This document shows, one piece after another, positions 38,823 to 52,454 of a DNA stretch of 64,000 nt. Both the position numbers and the translations under genes were made by a program. The notes beneath the pieces are model-generated. The model worked only from the letters and a program-made list of their open reading frames with translations, ran no database searches and was not told the origin of the DNA. The stretch comes from Bispira polyomma (Eukaryota). The stretch is taken from the NCBI GenBank assembly GCA_965649765.1, contig OZ287748.1, forward strand, positions 83,514,001-83,578,000. The letters are read 5' to 3'. Each line of letters begins with the position of its first letter. The first letter of the stretch is position 1.

Positions 38823-41498
38823 CTTATCAAGAGGATATCCTATCTGGTAGTCTGGAGGCAGGCTCTCGTCATTAGTAAGGTAGCCTTGCTCCTTTTGTAG
38901 ATAGGCCGGTTTGTCAAACGAGTCAAAGCTCTGGGTTTGGTGTACCATACCGGAGCTGTTCATGATCCCTGTCTGATCAGACAGCAGCTTGCTGAGGCGC
39001 TTCTGTTTCTGCTTCAGTCGGATCTTATCCTTCCTCTGGAGCAGCACTATGGAGATGATCAGGACAACGATGAGGATGCCCGAGATGACCGCCACCACGA
39101 TAACAATGGTCAGGTTATTGGCAGACATGATTTCTGTGGCCCTGGTGGGATTCGGGGAAGATGGGCTCTGATTGATATCGATCCTGAGAGCGACTGACTT
39201 AGACAGAGGTAGATCACCTTGGTCGCTGACTGTGATATTGAATAGGAAAACTTTGTCACCCAGGTTGTGAAGGCTTCGCATACTTCTCAGTTCTCCAGTA
39301 GTTTGTATTAAGGTGAAGTATTGGTCCTCGTTCCCGGAGTCTATCCTGTATACCAGATCTGCATTTAGACCCGAGTCATTGTCTGACGCCTGAATCAAGG
39401 TGACCACTTGACCTCTAGGGAAATCTGAGGATACAGAGACTGTGAAGTTATCGTCATTGGGGAAGTGAACCTTGGGCTGATTATCATTGATGTCCAGTAC
39501 ATTTACACTGACAATTGCACTACTTTGGAGGTTGGGCATGTCTGAGTCCCTTACAACAATCTCAAACTCAAAGAAGTGAACACCATCATCATCTGCATCA
39601 AAACCTGCTTTGGTATACACTTTTCCTGATTCAGGGTTAATGCCAAATAGGGAGGTATACTGATTGTCAGTTAAAAATCCAAAGGTCACATTACTCAGTG
39701 ACGGGTGACGTGGTTTTACTTTGAGTTGACCAATTTTAGTTAATGGTGGATTGTTTTCTTCCACCTGCATGCGAAAGTGGGTGGTTTCGAATTCAGGCGG
39801 TTCATCGTTTTCATTGATGATATGAATATTCAAAATTGCTGTGTTCATGTGAGGATCATCTCCGCCGTCCTTAGCAATGATACCAAACGAGAGGGTTTGG
39901 TACTTCTCAAAGTCAAACCCCTGCATGGCAGTCACATTACCAGAATAAGGGTCAACACGAATATATGTCATAGCTTCTGTATAGAGGGCATACTCTATTT
40001 GTCCATTCTGTCCGAAATCTGGGTCAGAAGCTTGGATTTGTGTCAAAAATAGTCCTACTGGATTGTTTTCTTTCACTTCTACTTCATATGTCTGCTTGGT
40101 AAACTCTGGGCGGTTATCATTCTCATCCAGAACCGTCACACGTATGTCTGCAGTTGATGTCAAGGATGGTGTACCCTGATCAGAACACTCAAACCGTAGT
40201 GTATATTGGTCTCCCTTTTCCCGATCAAATATGGAGTTGGATGTGATCTTAAAGAGTGACCTTTCTGAATTGATGGCATCCAGTCTGAAGAGATTATTAT
40301 CATTGTCTTGTAGCACACAAGAGAAGTCTCCTCCTTTTCCCGTGTCTGGATCTTCAGTCGTAAGATGTGCTACAAAGCTCCCTACTGGGGCATTTTCAGT
40401 GACTGCTATATTTCCCGATGGGTTCAGAGAACTGATGGTGATTTGTGGTGGGTTGTCGTTCATGTCTTGTACAGTCACGGTCACTGTGGCCTCAGCTGGT
40501 AGAGTTTCAAAATGAACCTCCTTGGCAGTGACCACCAAGGTATAAATTGGTGTTGTTTCATAGTCCAGCTCCATGTTTAATGTAATCTCCCCTGACTTAT
40601 TGTTAATGTGAAATACACTGCTAAAGTCAGACTGGGTTTTACTATCAAAGGCATATATAATTTCTGCATTTCTGTCCAGATCTGGATCTTCAGCTAAGAG
40701 TTTAATGACTGTATAGCCGGCTTTTCTAGTTTCATCCACTATGGCACTATATTCTGATGCACTAAACTCAGGCTGGTTGTCATTCTCATCTATAATTGTA
40801 ATATCCACTGTTTGAGTACCTGACTGACCCCCTTTATCATAGGCAGCCAAAGTGACTGTATAAAAATCCTCTGCCTCTCTGTCAAGTTGTTCTTCCACCA
40901 CTAAGTAAATTTTTATGAACCCGCTTGATTCATTCACCTGTCGCAGTGAAAATTCCTTGACTGTAGGAAACAGTGTGTAGTGGCTGATGCCATTCTTTGG
41001 TGAATCTGGGTCTGTTGCCGGCAATAGAGACACCGTCATGTCCCGAGGAGTGTTTTCTGGTATGGTTAATTCTATGATACTATCTGCAAACTCGGGTGAT
41101 TTATCATTGTCGTCCTCAATATTAACAGTCACTGCAATGAGGGCATTAAAACCGCTGCTTATATCCTGGACCAAAATCCGGATAAGCATAGTACACCCCG
41201 GTAAGTTGGGACATAGCAGCTCCCGGTCGATAACTTTGTCTGTCCTTAAAATCCCGGTATTCTCACTGACACTGTAGTAGTATCCAGGTTCTTGTACAAG
41301 TATACTGAACATCAACGTGGCTTCCCCTGGATTTGACACGAGGTCAAGGACACCGGAATCTGTGTTCACATCTCCCACAAACGTGTTCTCGTCAAGGTCT
41401 TCAGCCAGAGAGTAGGTGAGCGTGATCTCATTCTGACAGACACAGATACCAGCCAAGAGAACAAGAATAACACTGGTTCCCAATAGAAAAGTCTCCAT
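38823..41498 (-). CDS. PCDH: Protocadherin (7 EC repeats, delta1-like architecture), large exon: signal peptide, EC1-7, TM, juxtamembrane (892 aa)
   Basis: ATG in Kozak context CACCATGG; hydrophobic signal peptide; repeated xE/DRE/DxNDNxPxF/DxD motifs; EC1 C-x5-C (CPNLPGC); TM LTIVIVVAVISGILIVVLIISIVLL followed by a basic cluster; uninterrupted ectodomain exon typical of protocadherins; donor AAG|gttcgt. Acceptor tttcag puts the exon start at 41695. The unspliced ORF runs on to 38754. The symbol is family-level only. Confidence 0.96.
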
Positions 41499-42998
41499 GG
41501 TGAAGATTTGTTGTAAGATTTGAGAATACTTAGAATGTCCTGCACTATTCCATGTTATATGGTCCTGTTTGGATTGTTCTGAATTCTGTTTATTTTACCT
41601 TCCCCACGAAAGCACAAATCCTGATATTTTTTACAACAAGTCGATAATTTTGCAGCTATAGTATGACTGACCTCTCTCTAGATGAAACTCCAACTCTGAA
41701 ATAAAAAAGGTTTACATCAGTATATTGCTTATATATTAATATTTATACAGTGTCTATGTACTTAGTAATTTCTGTAAATGTTTTGTGTCAGTTTTAAATA
41801 GATAGGTAGCAATTATCTACTATTATGATCTAACACCACTTGAAATACTTCCATGCACTAACAAAATATATGTATATCCATACATAACTGTAAAGCGAAA
41901 TAGTGTCACCATTATTTTACTTCTCAGCATGTGGAGACACGGCTTTACATTTTATAACAACAAATTACTCTATCACTCGTTACAATAATGTGTATTTTTG
42001 TTAGAAATATCCTAGATCATCTCTCTTTAAAGAAAACTATGTTTTTAACATCAAGTCCAATCTTTAAGTCCAGACCTAAATTTTATTTTTATTTTTTTTT
42101 TGGGGGGGCGGGGGGGGGGGGGGGCAAAACTGACTAAATCAGTACCTCATAATATCATAACCATCAACAATTTTAGACAAGACCTTATTTAACTTAATTA
42201 TAAATCATAGATAAAATATATGGACGCAATGTTGAACATGTTGAAAACTCGGGAACTTAACATACTAAACATTGACTATGTCATAAACGCTGTATATCTA
42301 AAGATTCAGTGAAATGTCATGTTAACAGGATTACAACCAAACCACCCCCGTTGTCATAAGACTCTCGCTTGTTATGATGTCCTCTCAGGCGGCCCAAATG
42401 ACACCAAACAAGACATATTTAAAAGGGAAGTTTAGTTGGAAAATTAGCAAAACAAACTGTGTGTCTCCTGTGTGTGTAGGGTCCTAACCACAGGGACGAC
42501 AGAGGGGCAAGTAGAATTCTATGTGGTAAGACAAGTGCTTTGATGAAAAACAGTGAGGAATTTAAGTGTATTATAGGAGAAATATATCTATATAATATTT
42601 ATAATAATAATAGTAATTAGAGTATATATAAAGGTGACTATACTATAGACTCACTAATACCTAAATAAACCCTTTTAATCAAAGCAAAATAAACCAAAAA
42701 CTTTCATGACACAAAACATTTTCTTGTGAATGAATCCCATCAGCCAAATATATATGCATAGTAATATAATTACAGTTGCTGCACCATACACTCACTTTAA
42801 CACCAGTTATGCCAAAACAAAATCACAAATAAAGCAAAAACAAATTAAATTTTATAACAAACCATTTTCTTTTAAAAATGGTAATAATGGTTAGAGCGTT
42901 ACAGATTACAATCATATTAACAATCACTAAAATACCTCCTTAAAAAGGTTTCAATTAAAACAAACTAAATAAAATATAGAGACACTAAAGACACTAAC

Positions 42999-43260
42999 CA
43001 TATTTCTTGCATTTAAATCCGTCCTGGTAAGTAAATAATTTAATGTTTATCCATTGATTTGAATATTGCAGTACAAATACACCATAGGCTAATACACTGT
43101 GTAATTTCTTTCAACAATTTTAGAAATCTGCTTTTCAAATTCCCTTTTAATACCTCCCAGCTTTAACAAAGTTCTTTTGCCACCCAAAAACAATTCCTTA
43201 TATATGTGTGTGAGCCACTTATACAATGCTCTATCTCAAAGAGTGTGTGACTGTGCATGA
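42999..43260 (-). other. Putative non-coding first exon of the protocadherin (5' boundary approximate)
   Basis: Donor TG|gttagt at 42998 is compatible with the acceptor at 41696-41698 and lies just downstream of a promoter-like cluster. Confidence 0.4.
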
Positions 43261-43294
43261 CAAATAACGTCTTTAAGGAAAGGAATAAATACTT

Positions 43295-43400
43295 AGACAC
43301 GTGGGTTGTCTAATGGGCTTTAATTGGTCGAGGCCGACCAATCAGATCGCAGCTGGCTAGCTACAAATGGGGGACATCTGATTTCTCGTGGTCTTGTTAA
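43295..43400 (-). promoter_or_regulatory. Putative protocadherin promoter: inverted CCAAT pair and E-boxes
   Basis: ATTGGTCG-aggc-CGACCAAT (43323-43342), CACGTG (~43298) and CAGCTG (~43350); locally CpG-richer than its surroundings. Confidence 0.5.
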
Positions 43401-44191
43401 AGCTATTGTGGTTTATATGTGAAGCATGTGGAGGGCTTTAACGCCGTGTGTGAACTCACTCAGTTAATGTGTAAACACATACACAGGTAAATCTAATAAA
43501 ACACTAATCTGCTTTGACACCTCGTTTGGATTTATGCCTAGTTGACGCTACTAGGTCACTTCAGGAAGCTATTTCATTAAATGTTATGAGCACGGTAGTG
43601 TTGTAGTGTGAACCAATCAGACTTGTTATACTGTCATGTTTATTATAACTGTATAAATATTACACAAATGTAAACCAATGCAGGTTCACTTTACATATTT
43701 AGACATTATCTTTATTGTAGTTAAATCTCAACAAGCAATAGATGTGATATGTTGTGTATTTGTGTGTACCTGTACAGTAATATTACTTTGCTCATAAACA
43801 ATAATATTTATTTAGATACACGTGTAAAGATTAAATAGATTTAAATATGGCAAAATAAGGTTGTTAAAGAAGCACAGAAATTTACCATAAGCAATGTCAT
43901 GAAACTTTTTATACCAAATTTCAGTTCCTATGAATATTTGGGACAAACTAAAATAAAAACACACTTTAATAACCAAAAACTGTTTCTGATCATTTGATAT
44001 AAACTCAGAATAAGGCATGTATATTCAAATATCATACATACTTGATATATATATATAATATATACATTGGCATAAGCTAATAATTATTTAATTTATCTCT
44101 GCATGGATTGCATTTTATCATTTACCCAGCATGGCGTCTTTGGGTCCCTTTTAAAAACATTGTTGCTTAACCTTAAGATTAGATTAAATCA

Positions 44192-44192
<1 letters not shown>

Positions 44193-44259
<67 letters not shown>

Positions 44260-44273
44260 CCACACACACACAC
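44193..44273. repeat. (CA)n microsatellite
   Basis: About 33 perfect CA units plus an interrupted tail. Confidence 0.98.
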
Positions 44274-44733
44274 TTCCCCTTGACATAAGAGGTCCCTGAA
44301 AACAGTAGTATTATCTGGATTATGTTACAACTTCAAACCGCCAAATAAAAAGCCATGTCAACTATCACTTTCAGTGGGTCTACTCCTTGAAAATGTCGTC
44401 TGCTTGTGTACAGACTTCCCTTCCCTGTTTGTGCTGAACCTTCTAGGGCCTCTAACAGAAATACCTAAGCTCAAACTCAACTCAGGTGAAGACTATATGT
44501 GTTACTACTCTATATATCAAAATAACCTACACTTGTCACCATTCATTTTAATAGAGCTTCCAGTACTGAATTTAGATATGCAGTCAGATTTTAGTTTGTT
44601 TCACTCTAGCCAGAGATGTTTAGGGCTTCAGGTTTGAGCTTGAGATTTGTGGAGAATATGTCTAGATTAGCTACGCCTACTCAAGTCGATTGTCCACATA
44701 CCATCCACCCTCAAACTGGAGTCCTCCCTCCAT

Positions 44734-44856
44734 CCACTGGGTATCCCCCAAAAACAACCACTACCCAAACACCCCTGTATACCTACTGCATCTTGCCCCA
44801 CCCACTGGGTATCCCCAAAACAACCACTATCCAAACACCCCTGTATACCCACTGTA
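44734..44856. repeat. ~68-bp tandem duplication
   Basis: ccactgggtatcccc..aaaacaaccacta.ccaaacacccctgtatacc.actg occurs twice. Confidence 0.9.
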
Positions 44857-45884
44857 CTAACTAATCTCTCTGGATTGCTGACCCTTTTATGTCCCATAAT
44901 TACTCGTATTTTTTCCTGATAATTTTTGTTTGGTTTTAGGCCACAGAGTTGCTCTTTTTGAGGGAGATATTGCACCTCCGCAGACTCCGATTTAGATATA
45001 CATATATCTCTAAAGGTATAATAGATTACTTATTGTTACTATTTGTCAGTGTACAAAATGAAAATGAAACTACCAATTGTCAATGTTGAACTTCCAAAAT
45101 GTAAATCAACAGAACAATAAAAAGGTTCAAAACTTTGAAATAGACTTCAAAGAACAACTGCTGGTGCCAGTTAATTATATTCATACTGGATACTTCAGGT
45201 TTTAGAGCCAACTATAACGATAATATGGAGAACAAAATAGTCATAAAAAGTTATTCATTTAATGAAATCATTGGTACAAGAAATTTACCTCACTGTTAAG
45301 TTACTGTTAACTGAAATAACATAAGCAATAACTTTTAATACAGACAAATGTAACAGTGTTTTAGAGAGAAAGAAAAGTAGTACACTAACGATATCCGTCT
45401 GATGACAGTTCTGAAGTGAAGAACTATATACACATAGTGTAAGAAGTATGTGATCGTGTTACATTGTTATGTAAATGAGCTGTTTGTTGAGCTCTGTTCT
45501 ACACAATGCCTTCTAGTTCTCTATACCAACATGTTTCTACTACTCTCTGGGGTTTGTTCTGACCAAGTAATCAGGACATTATTACTGTCAAGTGGAGCAG
45601 GCTCCAAAGACAACATATACCAGTCCAGACCACATAGAGATCCACAGATTTACTTGTAGAGCTCAGTAGATTGCATATCTCTGCCAAGCACAAACATTTC
45701 AAAAAGTTAACTCAATTTCTGAACCTATAAGTCCCATGCCAGTTCAGACACAGGACAGCAGACTTACTTGAGGCACAGAACAGCGTATTATTCCTCCACC
45801 AATCCCTATGGTCGAAAAACAAATATGAAAATCACATATTCTTCCCTCATCCATGAATGCCCACCTTCCTTAACCAATTGTCAT

Positions 45885-46100
45885 GTATACAGTCGCCTCC
45901 CACCTCTAAGGTCCCAGTTTGAATCGCGACCAGAGCTTTAAGTAGGATAGTTGGCAGTTCCTTGCTGATGGTTTCTGGTTTAAAGTGTAGAATCTTGAGT
46001 AACTAGTGTAATAGAGGATGGTTTCCGCCAGCATTACAACTGCTTATCATGATATGACCTGTACAATGTGTCGAAAGCGACATCAAACCCAAAATCAAAT
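45885..46100 (+). mobile_element. SINE family C
   Basis: cgcctcccacctct..ggtcccagtttgaatc head; tail ggtttccgcca...gatatgacct...gaaagcgacatcaaacccaaaatcaaat. Confidence 0.78.
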
Positions 46101-49100
46101 GTCATATAAAAAATTGGTTTCCCAAGTGTCTGTGCAATCCTGGTAAAAAAAACTAACCAGCGACCATGGATGAAACCATAACCTTCCTTGGTGGAGGTAA
46201 CTGCAATTTTTACTGACCAAAAAGTGACTAGGGTTTCTACTGATAGTGGTTTTCTAGACTACAAGGTCCCTCATGTGTAAACACATACCACAGTGGTTAG
46301 AGTGACTTCATACCTAAGAGAAATAAGCATCAAAGGTAGAGTGAATCTATTTAGTGTAGCTACACTTTAATGAAATATTTGCTTAATAAAAAGTATCAAA
46401 GTCATGCATTTCTCCTCTTGTAATATCTTAAAGAAATGAATGATATTTAATTAAAACAAATTGTGGAATGGCTGACGTTTAAAGGTGGAATTTTATACTA
46501 TCGATAAATATTGTAGTTCACACAGTAAATTATAGGATACAATTTTATCATTATTTTGAAGAAGATTCAAATTGTCAAAATACATTAGAATTCTATCAGT
46601 ACAAGGTGGTTTTTCATTTGATAGCTTGTATATATTTTAATGCACAATGTAGTGTCCAGGTATGTGTAAATGACACATAATGTATATGATCTGGTGTCAA
46701 ACGTCAGCTTTAGAAGTAGAACACAGACACACAAAACCAGTTGACAATCTGGCGGCCCCAGGTCATACAGATATCAATTCTATAAATATCAGTCTGTTTA
46801 CCTCTGCTCCACACACCTCTAAAAGTCAGCCTTTTTTATATAGTCTACAAAAAAATGGGGGGACTTTGAAACAAACCATTTGTAGTTGTTCTCATGACTT
46901 TAAGTATAAGCCAAGTCAGAAATTTAACCGACATTATTAAAAACAAAAATACATGTAATGAATGTTGAAAACTGTTGAGGATGGTGTATGTTTATCTTTG
47001 GAAATGTGTGTTTTAAAAAGATCAGATTATGAAATAGGTGACAAGCAATAAGTAAATTTGTCAATGTATTTCAGTAGTTATATAAGTATCTAAGAGACAA
47101 GCGATTGAGATATATTTGAGAATGAGTTAAGGTTTGACCATGGTCGATGTTCTCCAATAAAAATTTCAGGTCAAACTCAGACTCAACGCAAATGAAGACT
47201 ATGTCATAGTCCATCTATATACACATAGATTCCACCTAGACTTGTAACATTCATTTTAGAAGATGCCTTTCACTATTGAATTCAAATACATCATTTAATT
47301 TGACTTTATAACGTCCATGTAGCCAGAGAACATGGAGACTTGAGATTTGAGCTTTAATAAGTCTGAATTAAGTTTAACCTTTTCTTTGTGTGTGGAGTAT
47401 TTTTCAATGTAGGTCTGTTAAATAACCACTAGCGCCCTCGGGCAAGGGATTGGTGACACAAGAGACTTAATGAGGCAGATGATTCCTTCACGGCAGAATG
47501 GCTCAGGATCAAGACCCTAGGAACTGTCAAACAGAGGGTGTGGGGAGAGGTGTTCTCTTGTCCCCAGTGGTACGGGGAGAGTTGGTGTCGAACTTTTTGG
47601 GCACCTTTAAAAACTTACACAATAGTTAAAGCTTAGTTCCAAAAATTTTAAAAAGAGTGTTTAAAATTATATATTGGTCAGCTCTACCTTAAAACACTCC
47701 CCATGAGTTGTAACAGTTAAAATCCCTATAATTTTAGTAAGATAAGTTGAAAATGATATGTATATATCTATGTAATTTTGAGTATAACTAGAATTTCTCC
47801 CTATATGCTGTCTAAATATATATATGTTGATCTATATATCTAGCTTTGTAATACCCTATAGTTTAAGCCCCACAACAAACAGCCTTATTTCCCTAGCCCC
47901 CCCCCCCCCCCCAGGCACCCCATACCCCTGATGTAATATTGCCCCTTCCCCCTTGCACAATTTGTCAAAGGCCCTCACTCACAACAATAGAACTCCCAAA
48001 TATCTACTCTTATTACTGGAAAACAAGGTTAAACACGATCCTATTTCACACCAACAAGTATTACTGTGTGTATGTGATCTCGGGCACCCTAAAACACCAA
48101 ATCAAATTTACCAAAGTCCATAACAGAATAGAAGGTGTTAAATCAACGGCTTATTATTGGGTTCGGGCTATAAATTCGGTTGATTTCCCACACACTGTCG
48201 TTTTTTTATAGACGGCAACACAATTGTATATAGTGACTTTGAAAGAAGGTCTATGCATATGTGTATAAAATCTAGAATCTTTTAATTTTGTATAAAGCTG
48301 ACATGTGCATGCTCTATCTTAGATGGACAGATTTCAAACGTGCAACATTATTATAGCAAAATTTAGCAATGAAACTCAAAGTATTACATCGGTAATCCAC
48401 GTGGCATAAATACTCAATGGAATGACAGCACATGGTAGTATGATATAATAAACTGTTTTTTTCTTCAGCTTAAATGTAATGGTTTAATTTGTGTAATCCT
48501 CTTTTATAAATTCCCCAGTGTATATTCTATGTAGATTCTGTCAGTAAACACTATTTTGGTGGGAGGGGAGGACTTGGTTATATACCATGGAACAGAACTA
48601 TACATGCATTATATAGTATGTCAGAGATTTTAAATCACAACATGTAGGACTGATATCCCCTGTCCAAATATACACCTGTCACCCTATAAATAGGACTTAA
48701 GCTGGGTACACATCCTACACAGTACACATCCTACACACCCTTGGCACCCCTTTTGTTTTAGACTTCTTGTCATTTATAAGATACTAAATACATGACACAC
48801 AGTGTGAGATAGAAAAACAAAAAGAATTAATTAGAGAAAAGTGATTTATAATTGAGTTACTGGGGTTAAATTGTGTTATTTGGTATTTATAATACCACTG
48901 ACGTAAATCTATCTATGTATAGATTTTAAAACTTTAATGAAAACATATAATAAATTAGTAACTTATTCTCACTGATAATGGAATTAGTTGACACTTGCTT
49001 TTGTTTCTTTTTGTTTTACTGATATATCAAATGAAAAATTTGGAGATTTTTTTTATTGAAAGCCTTGGGTGAAATGGATTAATCTTATTGTTTACAACTA

Positions 49101-49189
49101 GATATATAAATGGTTTAAATTGTGTGGTGATAGTTTAGAGAGTTTATTTTATTATGGCAATGTTGTTGTTTTTTTTTCACTGATATAGC

Positions 49190-49395
49190 ATCACATTCGA
49201 TGACCAGGAATCATCCTCTGTGGTACACTTTGTAGGTAATATGCCAAAGAATAGTCCGATCAGAGTTCAGTCGTAACCATCGGACAAATGTTACGGGTGA
49301 AAAAGCGAGTTGATACAGATTTGTTTTTTTTAGGATTTTGTTTACAAGTCTGCAATGCTAGTTTCAGTTTGAAGACTGACAAGGAGACTATTACA
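49190..49395 (-). mobile_element. L2-type LINE 3' end, related to 23150-23355
   Basis: Shares catcctctgtgg, aagaatagtccgat, cagagttc, cgagttgata and gaagact...ggagactatt. Confidence 0.8.
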
Positions 49396-51269
49396 TGTTT
49401 TACTTCTTAACTTTGTTTTATTTACTGTAACTATCACAAAAATAAGAGACTTGCATTCTCTCAGAAACTGATTGCTCGATACAGCAAATGGAACTTTTTT
49501 GAAGCTAATAGAAAAGTTGACCTTTTAATGAAGAAAGAAAATATTAACATCTTTAAGGACTATATAGTAAAACTATTCTCAAGTATGAAATCTGTTTTAA
49601 ACTAGTAAGCCCTAACCAATGTTTTATGTATATGCAGGTGGCACTAGAATAAATAAATTTCCTCTCTCTTTAACCATTTGTTATCTCCACTAAGGAGGTT
49701 ATGTTTTTACCCTTCTCTGTCGGTTGGTTTGTTATCAGGTTTACCCCCAAAACTACTCAACTGATTTTGACCACACTTTGTGGGAGGTCTGGGACAAGAA
49801 AGCATTATTGTTTTAGTGCAGCTCCAGAAACAAGTTAAGTGGTACCTTATACCTCATAAACTACTAGGAAATTGGTATTTTGGGCAAATATATTACTGCA
49901 TGAGTTGATTTTTCTAGCTGGAAAACAATTTCATTAATTTACAATTTTAGGAAATTCACTGAAATTAATTCTCCCTATTGACAATTTGTAGTTAAATAAA
50001 AAATAAACATAAAGTTGAAATTATATATTTTTTAATTTATTGTACCAGGTCATGTACAATAAAAAGTAAATTGTGATATTACAGACACAAAATTTAGTTT
50101 TTTCAAAATAACAAAAACAACAACCAAAACACACAAATAACCATAACCTTGAACTCACATTTTACTAATTACAAATGATTACTGCTATGAAATATTACTC
50201 ATATAGATAGGCTTATTCTGATTGAACTCGTCTCGTAACATGAGAATATCATATATCCCCCAGCTTCAGTAAGATCAATATTGTCATATTGTTTGTTTGA
50301 AAACTCCATAATTTTTCTCCGTAAAACATATTACATTTGTACTTCTTATTAACAAACTTTTACCTACTACACAGAACATATTACAAATTTAATTAGTATT
50401 ATTGCATACAACTGAGTTAACTCTAACCACAGGCTAGATTAGCACACAAGGAGAGTACACACGGCTATTATTCATCTACTCTTTTATATGATAACCACTG
50501 AGTGTTCGTGTTTTTTGGGGTGGTTTTTTGTTGTTGTCTCTTTTTGGGGGAGGGGAGGAGAGGGGGGGGGGTTTACAGAGTCAATTACATTACTTTTATT
50601 AGGGTTAAATTGTTTACATAGTATGGTATAGTTTTTACATTAACTAACCATTCTTTCTGTAACCATGTACCCTATAAGTAAGTGAAATATTTTTACTTAT
50701 AGTTACATATGGCTATGTACTCTAACTGAAAGGGTGTCTTAAGACATCAAAATCTACTCTATCTCACTGGTTAATTTCCTTCATAAGTTATGCTTTAGTT
50801 TTTTTCAAAAGCCAATTAAAATGGTGAGGCCCTTCGGGTTTGGAAACACTTTTTACTCTTTGCTTGAGTTTTTTGGTTCAAATTGTAGGCTGAAAAATTA
50901 CTAGTTTTATGACAACCATGAAGTCTATCATCTTGTTAAAATGACACAGTCTGCATTACAAATCGTAGGCTATATATACCATTCTTTTTATGTTTTTTTT
51001 TACTGTAATGGACTGCAATACTGCGCCTGATAGCTGAGAAATTCAAAAACACTGAGAATTATCTCTTGTAAGCTCTCCTGTTTGGACAGGAATATAGAAA
51101 CTATACAATGTATAATAAAACTACGTTAATATTTAACAGTTTCCAAATGTTATAGCTCTACCTGTATGAGAAAGCTGTGTACATTATGTTGATAAATGCA
51201 AAACAGTTGACATTGTATGTAGAAACGATATGCAACAAGGAAATGTACAATGATAATAAAATAGGACAT

Positions 51270-51578
51270 TTGTTATAGCACACTTACAGAACACAGCATC
51301 CTTTCAAATGCGCTTCATTATGGGCAGCCAATATGGGCGTCGAGGTGCTTGAGGATGACCATTTATCAACATCCCCAAGGATCTTTAATCTGCCACTGGA
51401 GATATTACTCAGCGACAGAGGACCGCCATTTTAAGTGGTCATCGAGCCACTAGGAAAAATTGTGTTCACATCTTGCCTAAGGATATTATACTACCAAATC
51501 AATCTAGCGACCGATACTGCGAATAGAACCGGGGACCTTCTGATCATCGGACCAACACCCCAACCACTAGACCATGGG
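51270..51578 (-). mobile_element. SINE with family-B head and a longer central domain
   Basis: Head cccatggtctagtggttgggg...gatcagaaggtccccggttc; core gatgaccacttaaaatggcggtcctctgtcgctgagtaatat shared with 55193-55441. Confidence 0.82.
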
Positions 51579-52454
51579 GGGTGGGCTGGGATAAGGTGGT
51601 GGGGACGGGGGGGGGGGGGGTGGAGCAATAGTAGGACCTACTAATTGTAAAATTAAGGTTAAAGTGACTTATAAGCCCAGCAGAAGGCTTAGTAACAAAC
51701 TGTTAATTGTTGTAATAAGTAGTATAATTTGTGTATGTCACATATCACTCTAATTAAAAATTTAAAAAATCAAAAATACAACCGAGCTAATGATTGACAG
51801 ACTGTGAGTATATCTTCTGGTTAAAGAATGAACGTCTAAAAGACCAGGCCATTAAGGTGAACTGGCCACTACTAATCCGTGGAATTTAAAACATTAAAAA
51901 AAAAAAAAAAAAATATTGTAATTCCTCCAAAAAATACCATATCACTGTTATGGGGCATTTGAAGCTTTTTAACGTCTTATTTTAGTCTTCATTTAAACAT
52001 TCTAAACCAACACACAAAGAAGACTACTTTAAAATTAGATAAATTTATACCATGAGGGTTTCCAACAAATAAGTAGGTTTGGCCATTAAAAAAAATCTTG
52101 GTGCAGAGAAGAGGAAAAGAAACCTCTATACGTGATGTTAACGTTTAGTGAACCCCATAATAGAATCAGAAATAATTAAAAGGTAGGATGTGATACAGCT
52201 ATCATTACTGACACTGTGGGGCGACAAAGCTCGCCCCTACCAAGGCGTGAAAGGTGGGACCCTAAACATACACAGAGGCCAGGGCACACTGACTGGGGGT
52301 TAAACATACTTAGTACAATAGGAGAGCCTTTCTAAAGACTGTAGGCTCATATATATATTTTGATAATAATAAATATAATAATGATTGAAGCATTTACTGA
52401 TTCTGCTGTTGCGCTTTAGAAGATGCCTAGCATCAATAAAGCGTGTCAAAAATT

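Noticed and set aside
38937-41277. Plus-strand ORFs of 60-96 aa within the protocadherin exon
   Set aside because: Antisense shadows of a long coding frame with no recognisable motifs.
44103-44288. His-Thr repeat protein
   Set aside because: Translation of a (CA)n microsatellite.
45280-45790. Alternative protocadherin first exons (minus-strand donor-like sites at ~45287, ~45389, ~45767)
   Set aside because: Donor-like hexamers alone are common and there is no independent support.
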